Assembly: GCF_044704955.1 (NCBI RefSeq) | Contig: NC_091999.1 | Span: forward strand, 52,328,001-52,392,000 | Direction: 5' to 3' | Origin: Pristiophorus japonicus | Lineage: Eukaryota | DNA length: 64,000 bases | Part shown: positions 1 through 13,489 of the stretch, one piece after another | Layout of the letters: each line of letters starts with the position of its first letter | Position numbering within the stretch: position 1 is the first letter of the stretch | Made by a program: the position numbers and the translations under genes | The notes under the pieces: generated by a model | Database searches by the model: none | What the model was told of the DNA's origin: nothing | Seen by the model: only the letters and a program-made list of their open reading frames with translations

Positions 1-58
1 TCTCTCTAAACAGCCAATCCAAAAATGCACAGGACAGGCACAACACAGGTTAGGTACA

Positions 59-1660
59 CATCATCATCATCACAGCCAGTCCGTCAAAATCGAGGAAGAC
101 TTGCTTATACTCTAAAGGTGAGTTCTTACGTGACTAAACAATCCAGTACGGGAATTACAGTCTCTGTCACAGGTGGGACAGCCAGTCGTTGAACGACAGG
201 GTGGGTGAAACTGGTTTGCTGCATGCTCCTACGCTTGGTTTCTGCATGCTCTCAGTGATGAGACACGAGATGCTCAGAGCCCTCCTGGATTCACTTCCTC
301 AACTTAGGGCGGACGTTTGTCAGGGATCGGGGGGTTGTTGAATTTTATCAAGGAGTCTTTGAGGGTGTCGTTGAAAGGTTTCCTCTGCCCACTGTAGGCT
401 CGCTTGCCATGTAGGAGTTCCGAGTAGAGCCTTGCTTTGGGAATCTTGTGTCAGGCATGTGAACAATGTGTCGAGCCAAGGTATCCCTGGAGATTGAGCA
501 TGCAGTGTCCACCGGTAGTCTCGTGGCCTTCCATGAGAGGTGAGCACCAGAGAGACTGGAGTGCATCATTCCAGAGGCAACAGAATTGAAATTTTCATTC
601 ATTTGATTTGATTTGACAAAAGTTACCTTTATGTTGAATTGTTAATTTGTGTTTTTGGTTCCCCCCAAAAAAACAAGGGGGCACTTTAATGAAAGTTTCT
701 GGAGTGTGACCCCCCTCCACCCTTTAATCAGGAGGAACCTGATTATTGTTCTACTTAAAATAGTTGTGAACAATGTGGCCCACCCAATGCAGCTGGTCGA
801 GTGTGGTCAGTGCTTCGATGATGGGATTGTTAGCCTGATCGAGGAAACACCAGGACTGGTTTGATGAGAATAACCAGGAGATGCAAGAGCTAATTAATCA
901 CAAGCACAGGGTATTTCTGAACCTAAAACAACAACCCAACTCGGGAGCAGCAAAGCAGCATTACAGATGGCTTGAGGCTGAGGTCCAAGAAAAAAACCTG
1001 TGACCTAAAGAATAGATGATGGGTGGAGAAATTAAAGGAGGTTCAGCAGCTGGCCGACAGCCATGATGTGCGAGGATTCTTCATCGCAGTCAAGGCCACC
1101 TATGGCCCAAGCACCCAAGGCACCACCCCACTGCTGGCCAAGAATGAGGAAACACTCATCAAGGACACTGAGGCCGTCAGGACCCGTTGGAAGGAGCACT
1201 TCGAAGATGTCCTTAACCGAGACTCTGCCTCTGACTCGAGTGTCCTCGACTCCATCCAGCAGCATGCTACCCGCCAACATCTCAGCAAAACCTCAGCCCT
1301 GCACGAGATAGAAAAGTCCATCCGCCAGCTCAAGAACAACAAGGGAATGGGAGCAGATGGAATCCCCGCTGAGGCACTAAAGTATGGTGGAGAGGCAATA
1401 TTGGCATGAATGCGTGACCTCATCTCTCTCATCTGGAAGGAAGAGAGCAGGCCTGGAGATCTCAGAGATGCAGTAATCGTGACCATCTTTAACAAAGGAG
1501 ACAAGTACGACTGTGGCAATTACAGATAAGTCTCCCTGTTACCAGCCACTGGGAAAGTCATCACTAGAATCCTCCTCAACCGTCTTCCCCTGTGGCTGAG
1601 GAGCTCCTCATGGAGTCACAATGTGGATTTCGTCCTCTACGGAGTACAACGGACATGGAG
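59..1660. mobile_element. RTE-clade LINE insertion with 5' inversion: 3' part on minus strand (~59-840), inverted 5' part on plus strand (~841-1660)
   Basis: (CAT)n reverse tail at ~58-72. Plus-strand RTE ORF remnants RKHQDWFDEN and RWKEHFEDVLN...GADGIPAEALKYGG (ORF 1023-1409). Possible degenerate TSD taggtaca (51-58) / tagataca (1661-1668). Confidence 0.75.
471..764 (+). mobile_element. 5'-truncated Tx1/L1-like LINE 3' end inserted in the RTE
   Basis: Flanked by a 13-bp direct repeat TGTGAACAATGTG (458-470 and 765-777). Encodes a decayed EHAVSTGSLVAFHER*APERLECII, resembling a Tx1 ORF2 C-terminus, followed by an AT-rich UTR. Confidence 0.6.
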
Positions 1661-1729
1661 TAGATACAGATTAAAGCTCCCTCTACACTGTCCCATCAGA
1701 CATTCCCAGGGCAAGTACAACATGGGTTA

Positions 1730-4700
1730 TGTTATGTATGCAACCTGATGAAACCAGCATCTACCGCCATCAGAGGGCATATCTGTTGGAGTCCCAAGGG
1801 ATCCCAGCATCGCTTGGGAGCACTGTATAGAAGCAGGCCTCCCATGCTGTACGTGCACTCTGGATTTAGAAAAAAAGAGACCAAGATCACACTTACTCAT
1901 GTCTACAGTACTCAATCACATTACTTTATTCTGGACATAACAATTGGTGACGAGATAATGAAACACCATGCAAAAATGCAGAGAACTGTTGGTATCCTGG
2001 AGAAGGGGACGATTGGGAGGTCTTCATGCAGCGACTCGACTAATACTTCATGGCCAACGAGCTGGCAGGGGATGTGAATGATGCCAAACAAAGGGCGAAA
2101 TAAGGCACCTTGCAGGACATTGCGAATTTGATGGATGCCTGGAGTAAATGCTAAGAGATTTTTTGTGTTTGGCATTGGCCATGAGGATATCCTTCGCAAT
2201 CTATTGACTGTTGAAACACTGCACCTGAGCAAAGCCATAATGATAGCCGAGATATTTATGTCCACCAGCGATAACACCAAACACATTTCGCAGCAATCAG
2301 ATGTTTCAGCAAGTACTGCACACAAAGTAACATCGTTTTCAGGCAGGAATGCATATGGCAGAATGTACACGCCTGCAGCTGCATGATCTCAGATGACTCA
2401 GAGTCTGCCATCAAGCATTAATGCGAGGCAGTTAACAGCTTGTTGGCACTGCGGAGATGATCATCGAGCCCATCAATGCAGCTTCAAACACTATGCGTGC
2501 AAAGGTTGTGGAACAATGGGACACCTCCAGCGAATGTGCAGATGAGCTGTAAACACTGCAAATCACCACATTGCAGTGGAAGACCGATCCATGGTGGATC
2601 AAACTGAACTCGAGGCTCAACCCGAGGAGGCAGATGTGTATGGGGTACACACCTTCACCACGAAATGTCCACCGATCATGTTAAATGTTGAACTGAACAG
2701 AATTCCAGTATCCATAGAATTGGACATGGGTGCGAGTCAGTCCATCATGAGTAAAGGGCCTTCGACAAGCCCAAGCTGAGCCCCATTCAAACCAAGCTGA
2801 AAACGTGCACGAAAGAGCTGATCCCTGTAATTGACAGCACAGCATATTAAAAGTCTCTTATGATGGAACAGTACACGAACTACCACTCAGGATATTGTCA
2901 GGACATGTCCCCACACTGTTCGGCAGAAGCTGGCTGAGGAAAATACGCTGGAACTTGGATGACATCCAAGCGCTTTCATCCATCGATGACGCCTCATGTG
3001 CCCAGGTTCTGAGCAAGTTTCCATCGTTGTTTGAGCCAGGGATTGAAAGTTTCTTGAGGGCGAAGGTGCAGATCCATTTGATTCCCGGTACATGACCCAT
3101 CCATCACAAGGCACGGGCAGTGACATATATGATGCGAGAGAAAGTAGAGATCGAGTTAGACAGGCTGCAATGAGAGGACATCATCGCACTGGTGGAGTTC
3201 AACGAGTGGGCCAGTCAGATTGTTCTGGTTTTCAAGGGTGATGTCACGGTCAGCATATGCGGGGACTATAAATTAACGATTAAGCATTTTTCGCTGCAGG
3301 ACCAGTACCAGCAACCCAAGGCAGACAATCTATTTGCGACACTGGCAGGAGGAAAGATATTTACCAAGTTTGACCTGACCTTTGCCCACATGACGCAGGA
3401 GCTGGCGGAATCTTAAAAAGGCCTCACCTGCATCAACACGCACAAAGGTCTGTTCATCGACATTAGATGCCCGTTTGGAATTCAATCGATCGCGGCTATT
3501 TTTCAAAGGGACATGGAGAGTCTGCTAAAGTCGGTGCTGCACATCGTGGTTTTCCAGGATGATATACTGGTCACAGGTCGGGACACCATCGATCACTTGC
3601 AGAACGTGGAAGAGGTTCTAAGTCGGCTAGATCATGTGGAACTCAGGTTGAAACACTCAAAGTGTGCTTTCCGGGCGCCAAAGGTCGAGTTCCTAGGCAG
3701 AAGAATCGTGGCAGATGGCACCAGACCCACTGACACCAAGACGGAGGCCATCAAGAACGCACCGAGACCACAGAATGTGACGGAGCTGCGGTCATTCCTG
3801 GGGCTCCTCAATTATTTTGGTAATTTCCTACCCGGGTTAAGCACCTTGCTAGAACCTCTACACATGTGGCTGCGCAAGGGAGATTATTAGGCATGGGGGA
3901 AATCAAAAGAGAGTGATTTTGAGAAAGCCCGAAATCTGTTATCTTCCAACAAACTGCTTGTCCTGTATGATCCATGAAAACGTTTAGTGCTAGCTTGCGA
4001 TGCATCTTTGTACGGGGTCGGGCGTATGTTACAAGAAGCAAACGAATTGGGAACATTGCAACCGGTCGCCTATGCGTCCAGGCGTTTGTCCAAGGCCGAA
4101 AGAACCGACAGCATGATTGAAAAAGAAGCTCTGGCATACGTTTACGCGGTGAAAAATTACACCAGTATCTGTTTGGGCTTTAATTCGAGTAAGAAACTCA
4201 CCATAAGCCGCTCATATCGCTATTCACAGAGAGCAAAGGTATTAAAACCAAAGCACATCGTGGTTTTCCAGGGAAATTGTGTTGGGGAAATTGGTGGGAT
4301 TGAAGGCCGATAAATCCCCAGGGCCTGATGGACTGCATCCCAGAGCACTTAAGGAGTTGGCCTTGGAAATAACGGATGCATTGACAGTCATTTTCCAACA
4401 TTCCATTGACTCTGGATCAGTTCCTATAGAGTGGAGGGTAGCCAATGTAACCCCACTTTTTAAAAAAGGAGGGAGAGAGAAAACAGGGAATTATAGACCG
4501 GTCAGCCTGACATCGGTAGTGGGTAAAATGATGGAATTAATTATTAAGGATGTCATAGCAGTGCATCTGAAAAATGGTGACATGATAGGTCCAAGTCAGC
4601 ATGGATTTGTGAAAGGGAAATCATGCTTGACAAATCTTCTGGAATTTTTTGAGGATGTTTCCAGTAAAGTGGACAAAGGAGAACCAGTTGATGTGGTATA

Positions 4701-7635
4701 TTTGGACTTGCAGAAGGCTTTCGACAAGGTCCCACACAAGAGATTAATGTGCAAAGTTAAAGCACATGGGATTGGGGGTAGTGTGCTGACGTGGATTGAG
4801 AACTGGTTGTCAGACAGGAAGCAAAGAGTAGGAGAAAACGAGTACTTTTCAGAATGGCAGGCAGTGACTAGTGGGGTGCCGCAAGGTTCTATGCTGGGGC
4901 CCCAGCTGTTTACATTGTACATTAATGATTTATAAGAGGGGATTAAATGCAGTATCTCCAAATTTGCGGATGACACTAAGTTGGGTGGCAGTGTGAGCTG
5001 CGAGGAGGATGCTATTAGGTTACAGAGTTACTTGGATAGGTTAGGTGAGTGGGCAAATGCATGGCAGATGAAGTATAAGGTGGATAAATGTGAGGTTATC
5101 CACTTTGGTGGTAAAAACAGAGAGACAGACTATTATCTGAATGGTGACAGATTAGGAAAATGGAAGGTGCAACGAGACCTGGGTGTCATGGTACATCAGT
5201 TATTGAAGGTTAGCATGCAGGTACAGCAGGCGGTTAAGAAAGCAAATGGCATGTTGGTCTTCATAGCGAGGGGATTTTAATACAGGGGCAGGGAGGTGTT
5301 GCTACAGTTGTACAGGGCCTTGGCGAAGCCACACCTGGAGTATTGTGTGCAGTTTTGGTCTCCTAACTTGAGGAAGGACATTCTTGCTATTGAGGGAGTG
5401 CAGCGAAGATTCACCAGACTGATTCCCGTGATGGCAGGACTGACCTATCAAGAAAGACTGGATCAACTGGGCTTGTATTCACTGGAGTTCAGAAGAATGA
5501 GAGGGGACCTCATAGAAACGTTTAAAATTCTGACAGGTTTAGACAGGTTGGATGCAGGAAGAATGTTCCCAATGTTGGGGAAGTCCAGAACTAGGGGTCA
5601 CAGTCTGAGGATAAGGGGTAAGCCATTTAGGACCGAGATGAGGAGAAACTTCTTCACCCAGAGAGTGGTGAAGCTGTGGAATTCTCTACCACAGAAAGTA
5701 GTTGAGGCCAATTCACTAAATATATTCAAAAGGGAGTTAGATGAAGTCCTTACTACTCGGGGGATCAAGGGTTATGGCGAGAAAGCAGGAAGGGGGTACT
5801 GAAGTTTCATGTTCAGCCATGAACTCATTGAATGGCGGTGCAGGCTAGAAGGGCTGAATGGCCTGCTCCTGCACCTATTTTCTATGTTTCTATGTTTCTA
5901 TGTTTCTGCTCGCATCGAAAAATGGGTGCTCACGCTGTATGCATATAAGTATGTAATTCATCACTGGCCAGGCACAGAGAACAGCGCTGATGCCCTCAGT
6001 CGGCTACTTTTTCCACCAGCGGGATGGAAATGGAACAGCCTGCAGACTTGCTCTTGGTGATGGATGCATTTGAAAATGAAAAGTCACCCGTTACGGCCGC
6101 CAGATGAGGACCTGGACCAGCCAGGGTCCTTTACTGTCCCTTGTAAAAACTGTATCCTCCATGGGAGCTGGTCCAGCATCCCAGCGGAGATGCATGAAGA
6201 GATCAAGCTGTTCCAGCAGCGTAAAGACGAAATGTCCATACAGACGGACTGTCTTTTGTGGGGTAATCACGTGGTTTTGCCCAAGAAAGGCAGGGAAATG
6301 TTCAAACCTGACCTACACTGTGCCCAACCAGGCATAGTATTGATGAAAGCTTTAGCCAGACCCCATGTTTGGTGGCCCGATATCGACTCAGATTTGGAGT
6401 CTTGCGTGTGCCAATGCACCACTTGCTCGTAACAGAGCAATGCACCCAGGGCACCCAAGTGTGTGGTCATGGCCCTCCAAAACGTGGTCTAGCATCCACG
6501 CTGACTTTGCTGGCCCATTTCTAGGCAAAATGTTCTTCGTTCTTGTGGATTTTTATTCCAACTGAATTGAGTGTGTAATAATGTCTGTAAGCACGTCCAC
6601 TGCCACCCTCGAAAACCTACGAGCCACGCACGGCCAGCCTGATGTCCTTGTCAGCGACAACGGGCCGTGCTTCACCAGCGCTGAATCCAAGGAATTCATG
6701 ACACACAATGGGATCAAACACATCACAACTGCCCCGTTCAAGCCCGCATCCAATGACCAGACAGAACGTGCAGTCCAAACCATCAAACAAAGCTTGAAAC
6801 ACCTGTCAAAATAATCCCTGCAGACCCACCTGTCCCGAGTCCTGCTCAGCCACTGCACCAGACACCATTCTGTCACCGTGGTTCCCCAGCTGAGCTGCTC
6901 CTGAAAAGCGTGCTCAAAACAAGGCTTTCTCTCGTTCACCCTGATCTCCATGAACAAGTCGAGGGCAGGCGGCATCAATAAAGCATGTACCGTGATCGCA
7001 CAAATTTCTAACGCAATATTGAAGTCAATGACCCTGTATTTGTACTCAACTATGGACATGGTCCCTAATAGCTTGCTGGCACTGCCATAGCCAAAGAAGG
7101 GAGGAGGGTGTTTCAGGTCAAACTCGCAAATGGAATAACTTGCAGAAAGCATTTGGACCAAACCAAACTGCGATTCACAGACAGCCACAAGCAACCCACT
7201 TCGACCCTCCGACGCACACACAAGTGGCAACCAACATCATGGTAGACCACGAAGCTGAACTCATCATCCCCAGCAGCCCAGCAAGGTCAGCTGCGCAGCA
7301 GCCCAGCGAAGAACCAACCAACTCACCTGCACCTGCATTTGTACTGAGATGATCGACTCAGAAACGAAAAGCCCCAGATCATCTCAGCTTGCAAATAAGT
7401 GTATTTTGACTTTGGGAGGGAGTGATGTTATGTGTGCAACCTTATGTAACCAGAATTCTACCACCACCGTAGGCCGTATCTGTTGGAGTCCCAAGGGATC
7501 CCAGCGTCCCTTGGGAGCACTGTGTATAAGCAGACCTTCCATGTTGTACGTGCACTTTGAAGTTAGAATAAAGAGACAGGTCACAATTACTCACGTCTAC
7601 AGTACTCAATCACATTACTTTTTCTGAACTGAACA
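1730..7635 (+). mobile_element. Gypsy/Ty3 (Mag/K02A2.6-like) LTR retrotransposon, decayed, with both LTRs
   Basis: 5' LTR 1730-1942 and 3' LTR 7426-7635 (TG...CA). TSD GGTTA at 1725-1729 and 7636-7640. PBS-like TGGTGACGAG at 1945 and PPT GGGAGGGAGTGA before 7426. Protease LDMGAS, RT VVFQDDIL, RNase H LACDASLYGVG, integrase IHADFAGP and VSDNGPCF, all with frameshifts or stops. Confidence 0.95.
4271..5907 (+). mobile_element. 5'-truncated CR1 LINE nested in the Gypsy pol
   Basis: RT ORFs 4279-4935, 4981-5280 and 5296-5802 (KSPGPDGLHPR, GVPQGSMLGP, FADD); (TTCTATGT)n tail at ~5880-5907. Confidence 0.95.
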
Positions 7636-7871
7636 GGTTAAATATAGAATAAAACTCCCTTTATACTGTTACAACAAACGTTTCCAGTGCAAGTACAGCA
7701 CAGATTGGACACAGACTACGTCTCCCTCTAACTTGTTACAGCCATTCTAGGGCCGATACAGATCTGTTAGTTCTAGAGAAAATATCCCTCTATACTGTTC
7801 CAGCGGATATTCGCGGTACAGGTGCAGCACGGGTGAGATACAGAGTAAAGCTCCCTCTACACTGTCCCACT

Positions 7872-10800
7872 GTAATAAAAAGGCAAGCATGAAAGCTCGG
7901 TGCCTCAATGCGAGGAGTATTCGGAACCAAGAGAGGGCTCTGAGCTAGTTAGAGTGGGGGAGAGCTCAGATGAACAGGACCCCAAGAAAGAATGCAAAAG
8001 GCAGGAGGCAACAGAGCAGAGCAGCACTGGGGTAAGAGTAAACTATAAGGTGATAGGAAGGGACAATATTTATAAATATAAAGGGGCTGCAGGAGGTGTC
8101 AAAACTAAAAATTATGGTTCAAAAACTAGTGTTAAAACACTCTACCTAAACGCATACAGCATTCAAAATAAAATAAATGAGTTGACGGCTCAAATCATTA
8201 CAAATGGGGATGATTTGGTGGCCATTACAGAAACGTGGTTGCAGGGGGGCCAAGACTGGGAATTAAACATACAGGGGTATCTGACAATTCGGAAAGATAG
8301 ACAAGAAGTGAAAGGAGCTGGGGTAGCTCTGTTAATAAAGGATGATATCAGGCCAGTTGTGAGAGACGATATTGGCTCTCATGAACAAAATGTTGAATCA
8401 TTGTGGGTGGAGATTAGAGATAGTAAGGTGAAAAAAGTCACTGGTGTGCGTAGTTTATAGGCCCGCAAATAATAACTTCACGGTGGGGCGGACAATAATC
8501 AAGGGAATAATGGAGGCATGTGAAAAAGGAACGGCAGTAATCATGGAGATTTTAACCTACATATCGATTGGTCAAATCAAATCGCACAGGGTAGCCTTGA
8601 AGAGGAATTCATAGAATGCATACGGGATTTCTTCTTGGAACAGTATGTTCCAGAACCTGCAAGGGAGCAAGCTATCTTCGATCTGGTCCTGTGTAATGAG
8701 ACAGGAATAATAAACGATCTCCTCATAACAGATCCTCTTGGAATGAGTGATCACAGTATGGTTGAATTTGTAATACAGATTGAAGGTGAGGAAGTAGTGT
8801 CTCAAACAAGCGTGCTATGCTTAAACAAAGGGGACTACAGTGGGATGAGGGCAGAGTTGGCTAAAGTATACTGGAAACACAGCTAAACGGTGGCACAATT
8901 GAGGAACAGTGGAGGACTTATAAGGAGCTATTTCATAGTGCTCAGCAAAATTATATTCCAGTGAAAAAGAAGGGCGGAAAGAGAAGGGATAACCAGCCAT
9001 GGATAACCAAGGAAATAAAGGAGAGTATCAAATTAAAAACCAATGCTTATAAGGTGGCCAAGGTTAGTGGGAAACTAGAAGATTGGGAACAGTTTAAACG
9101 ACAGCAAAGAATGACTAAGGAAGCAATAAATAAAGGAAAGATAGATTACGAAAGTAAACTTGCACAAAACATATAAACGGATAGTAAAAGCTTTTACCGA
9201 TATATAATACGGAAAAGAGAGATTAAAGTAAATGTTGGTCCATTCGAAGATGAGAAGGGGATTTAATAATGGGAAATGTGGAAATGGCTGAGACCTGAAA
9301 CAATTATTTAGCTTCGGTTTTCACAGTGGAAGACACAAAAACCATGCCAAAAATTGCTGGTCACGGGAATGTGGGACGGGAGGACCTTGAGATAATCTCT
9401 ATCACTAAGAGGGTAGTGCTGGACAGGCTAATGGGACTCAAGGTAAACAAGTCCCCTGGTCCTGATGAAATGCATCCCAGGGTATTAAAAGAGATCGCGG
9501 AAGTTACAGCAGGTGCATTCGTTATAATCTACCAAAATTATCTGGACTCTGGGGAGCTACCAGCGGATTGGAAAGCAGCATATGTAACGCCTCTGTTTAA
9601 GAAAGGGGGCAGAGAAAAGGCAGGTAACTATAGGCCGGTTAATTTAACATCTGTAGTGGGGAAAATGCTTGAAGCTATCATTAAGGAAGAAATAGCGGGA
9701 CATCTAGATAGGAATAGTGCAATCAAGCAGATGCAACATGGATTCATGAAGGGGAAATCATGTTTAACTAATCTACTATAATTATTTGAGGATATAACGG
9801 GCATGGTGGATAGAGGTGTACCGATGGATGTGGTATATTTAGATTTCCAAAAGGATAAGGTGCCACACAAAAGGTGACTGCAGAAGATAGAGGTACACGG
9901 AGTCAGAGGAAATGTATTAGCATGGATCAAGAATTGGCTGGCGAACAGAAAGCAGAGAGTCGGGATAAATGGGTCCTTTTCGGGTTGGAAATCGGTGGTT
10001 AGTGGTGTGCCACAGGGATCGGTGCTGGGATCACAACTGTTTACAATATACATAGATGGCCTGGAAGAGTGGACAGAGTGTAGTGTAACAAAATTTGCAG
10101 ATGACACAAAGATTAGTGGGAAAGCAGGTTGTGTAGACGACACAGAGAGGCTGCAAAGAGTTTTAGATAGGTTAAGCGAATGGGGTAAGGTTTGGCAGAT
10201 GGAATACAATATCGGAAAATTGTAGGTCATCCATCTTTGAAAAAAAAACAGTAAAAGGGAATATTATTTGAATGGGAGAAATTACAACATGCTACGGTGC
10301 AAAGTGACCTGGGGGTCCATGTGCATGAATCCCCAAAAGGTTAGTTTGCAGGTGCAGCAGTTAATCAGGAAGGCGAATGGAATGTTGGCCTTCATTGCGA
10401 GAGGGATGGAGTACAAAAGCAGGGAGGTCATGCTGCAACTGTATCGAGTATTGGTGAGGCCGTACCTGGAGTACAGCGTGCAGTTTTGGTCACCTTACTT
10501 AAGGAAGGATATACTAGCTTTGGAGGGGGTACAGAGACGATTCACTAGGCTGATTCCGGAGATGAGGGGGTTACCTTATGATGATAGATTGAGTAGACTT
10601 GGTCTTTACTCGTTGGAGTTCAGAAGGATGAGGGATGATCTTATAGAAACATTTAAAATCATGAAAGGGATAGACAAGATAGAAGCAGAGAGGTTGTTTC
10701 CACTGGTCGTGGAGACGAGAACTAGGGGGCACAGCCTCAAAATACGGGGGAGCCAATTTAAAACCGAGTTGAGAAGGAATTTTTTCTCCCAGAGGTTTGT

Positions 10801-11033
10801 GAATCTGTGGAAGTCTTTGCCCAAGGAAACAGTTGAGGCTAGCTCATTGAATGTATTCAAATCACAGATAGATAGATTTTTAACCAATAAGGGAATTAAG
10901 AGTTATGGGGAGCGGGTGGGTAAGTGGAGCTGAGTCCACGGCCAGATCAGCCATGATCTTGTTGAATGGCGGAGCAGACTCGAGGGGCTAGATGGCCTAC
11001 TCCTGTTCCTAATTCTTATGTTCTTATGTTCTT
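7872..11033 (+). mobile_element. Near-complete CR1 ORF2 (APE endonuclease + RT), degenerate
   Basis: LYLNAYSI, AITETWL and SDH endonuclease motifs; RT motifs; (TTCTTATG)n tail at ~11012-11033. Confidence 0.93.
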
Positions 11034-11117
11034 ATCAAACACTCCCAGAACAGATACAGCATGGGTTAGAGACAGAGTAAAGTTTCCTCTTCACTGTCTC
11101 TTCCTGGGCAGGTACAA

Positions 11118-11767
11118 CCAAGCTCATGGTCTACAGGGCTGTCGTAATACCCGCCCTCCTGTATGTCTCAGAGGCATGGACAATGTAGAGTAGACACTTT
11201 TTCTCGCTGGAGATATATCACCAACACTGTCCCTGCAAAATCCTACAAATCACCTGGCAGTACAGGCACACCAACATCAGCGTCCTAGACCAGGCTAACG
11301 TCCCCAGCATTGAAGCACTGATCACACTCGATTAGCTCCGCTACGCAGACCACATAGTTCGCATGCCAGACACGAGACTCCCAAAGCAAGTCCTCTATGC
11401 GGAACTTCTTCACGGAAAATGAGTCAAAGGTGGGCAGCGGAAACGTTACAAGGACACCCTCAAAGCCTCCCTGATAAAGTGTGAGATCACCACTGATATC
11501 TGGGAGTCCCTGGCCAAAGACCACCCTAAGTGGAGGAAGTGTATCCGGGAGTTTAATCGCCAAGAGCATGCAGAAAACAAGTGCAAGCAGTGGAAAGAGC
11601 GTGCTGCAAATCGGTCCCACCCACCCCTTCCTTCAACAACTATCTGTCCCACCTGCGACAGAGTCTGTGGCTCTCGTATTAGACTGTTCAGCCCCAAATA
11701 ACTCACTTCAGGTGTGGAAGCAAGTCTTCATCGATTCTGAGGGACTGCCTATGATGATGATGATGAT
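11118..11767 (+). mobile_element. 5'-truncated RTE LINE
   Basis: TKLMVYRAVVIPALLY remnant; 3' end GAGGGACTGCCT(ATG)n at ~11740-11767. Confidence 0.85.
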
Positions 11768-12310
11768 AACACAGGTTAGATGCAGAGTAAAACTCCCTCT
11801 ACAATGTCTCACCAGACATTCCCAGGCAGATACAGCTTTGTTTATTGAAGGTTAAATCTCCATCTAGCCTGTCCCAAACACTCCCAGGGTAGGTACAACA
11901 TTGGTTAGATACAGAGTTAATCTCCCTCTACACTGTCCCATCAAACACTCGCACAATAGGCACAGCAGGGGTTAGTCAGAGAGTAAAGCTTCCCATAGAC
12001 TGATCCATCAAATACTCGCATCGCAGTTACGGCATGGATTAGATAGAGAGTACAACTCTTGCAACACTGCCCCATCAAACACTCCCAGCGCAGGTACAGC
12101 ACGGGTCACATACAATGTAAAGCTCCCCCAACACTATCCATCAAACACACCCAGGGGAGGAACAACACGGGTTAGATACTGAGTAAAGCTCACCCTACAC
12201 TCTCCTATCAAACACTCTGTGGAAAGATGCAACACGGAGTAGATAGAGAGAAAAGCTTGCTCTACACTATCCAATCAAGAACTGCCAGGGCAGGTACAGC
12301 ACGGGTTAGA
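11768..12310 (+). repeat. ~67-bp satellite; other pieces at 1-58, 1661-1729, 7636-7870 and 11034-11117
   Basis: Degenerate tandem unit CAGGGCAGGTACAGCACGGGTTAGATACAGAGTAAAGCTCCCTCTACACTGTCCCATCAAACACTCC. Confidence 0.9.
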
Positions 12311-12324
12311 CAAAAATGTTTAGG

Positions 12325-12930
12325 CTGGGTTTTCCAGAACTTGGGGCCTTGGCAAAAGAAGGCACAGCCACCAACGCCATCAATGGTTGAACAATTATAA
12401 TCAGGGATGCGCAGGAAGACAGATATCTCATGGGTGGGCGGGGGGGGTGGGTGCGGTGTGGTGCTGGTTGGGGCTGGAGCAGTTTACAGAGCTAGGGATG
12501 GGCGAGGCTATGGAGAGTTTTGAAAATGTATTAGGATTTTGAAAGCAAGGCGTTGCTGAACCAGAAGCCAATGTAGTTCAGCGAGCACAGGGCTGGTGGG
12601 TGAGCTGGACTTGGTGAGAGTTAGGGCATGGGCAACCGAATTTTGGATCAACTCAAGTTTATGCAGGTGAGAATGTGGCAGGAATGCGTTGGAATAGTCA
12701 AGTCCAGAAGTAACAAAGGCAGGGATGACGGGTCAGCAGCGGATGAGCTGAGGCAACGGCGATGTTACAGAGGTGCAAATATGTATTATTAATTATGCTG
12801 TGGATATGTGGTCAAAAACATACTTCAGGGTTAAGTATGGCACCAAGGTTGCAAACAGTCCGGTTCAGGCACAGACACAAGTTGGGGAGAAGGATTGAGT
12901 CGGTGGCTAGAGAGCTGAGTTTGTGGCAAT
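12325..12930 (-). mobile_element. Old L2-like LINE fragment
   Basis: Reverse-complement similarity to the L2-like 3' pieces at 14950-15040 and 45040-45500. Confidence 0.55.
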
Positions 12931-13489
12931 GACAATTACAAATATCAGAATATTTCACAGACAATTACAAATATCAGAATATTTTACAGGCAAAATGTGT
13001 GGATGCATTTTAAAATTCAATCGGTTCCAAAACCAGGTTACAGAAATTTACAGATTTCAAATCTTATGCAAGACAGTTCAATAAAGGGGCGGTTCAAAGG
13101 ATTTCAGCTGAGTTTAAACTGCAGTTAAGTCTATTACAACGACAACTCGTGTACTCAAACGGAACAAGTTTCGGGTTTGATATAATAGAAGGTGAACTAG
13201 GTGAGAAGTGATGTAAGTTAGATTAAGAAAAAGCATTAAAATGGAACAGTCGGTAACAGAACATCAATTAGTCTCCTCTGATCATGGAGCTATCAAAAAG
13301 TCGACAAACTGTTTTTGAAACGAAGATAATTTGTTCAACATTTGTACAAGATATTAATCTCCAGCCCATATATAGGGGTTATTAAGATAATCGGAAAAAA
13401 ACAAGAGCTGCCAGAATGAACATGGTTCAGTGCCCAAAGTAATCCCAGTCAATCCTGTTCTATTTACAAATGCAGCTTTTCTCCTCAGA

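Noticed and set aside
1730-11033. Active autonomous Gypsy or CR1 elements
   Set aside because: Multiple stops and frameshifts, visibly diverged LTRs, a shortened gag and nested insertions.
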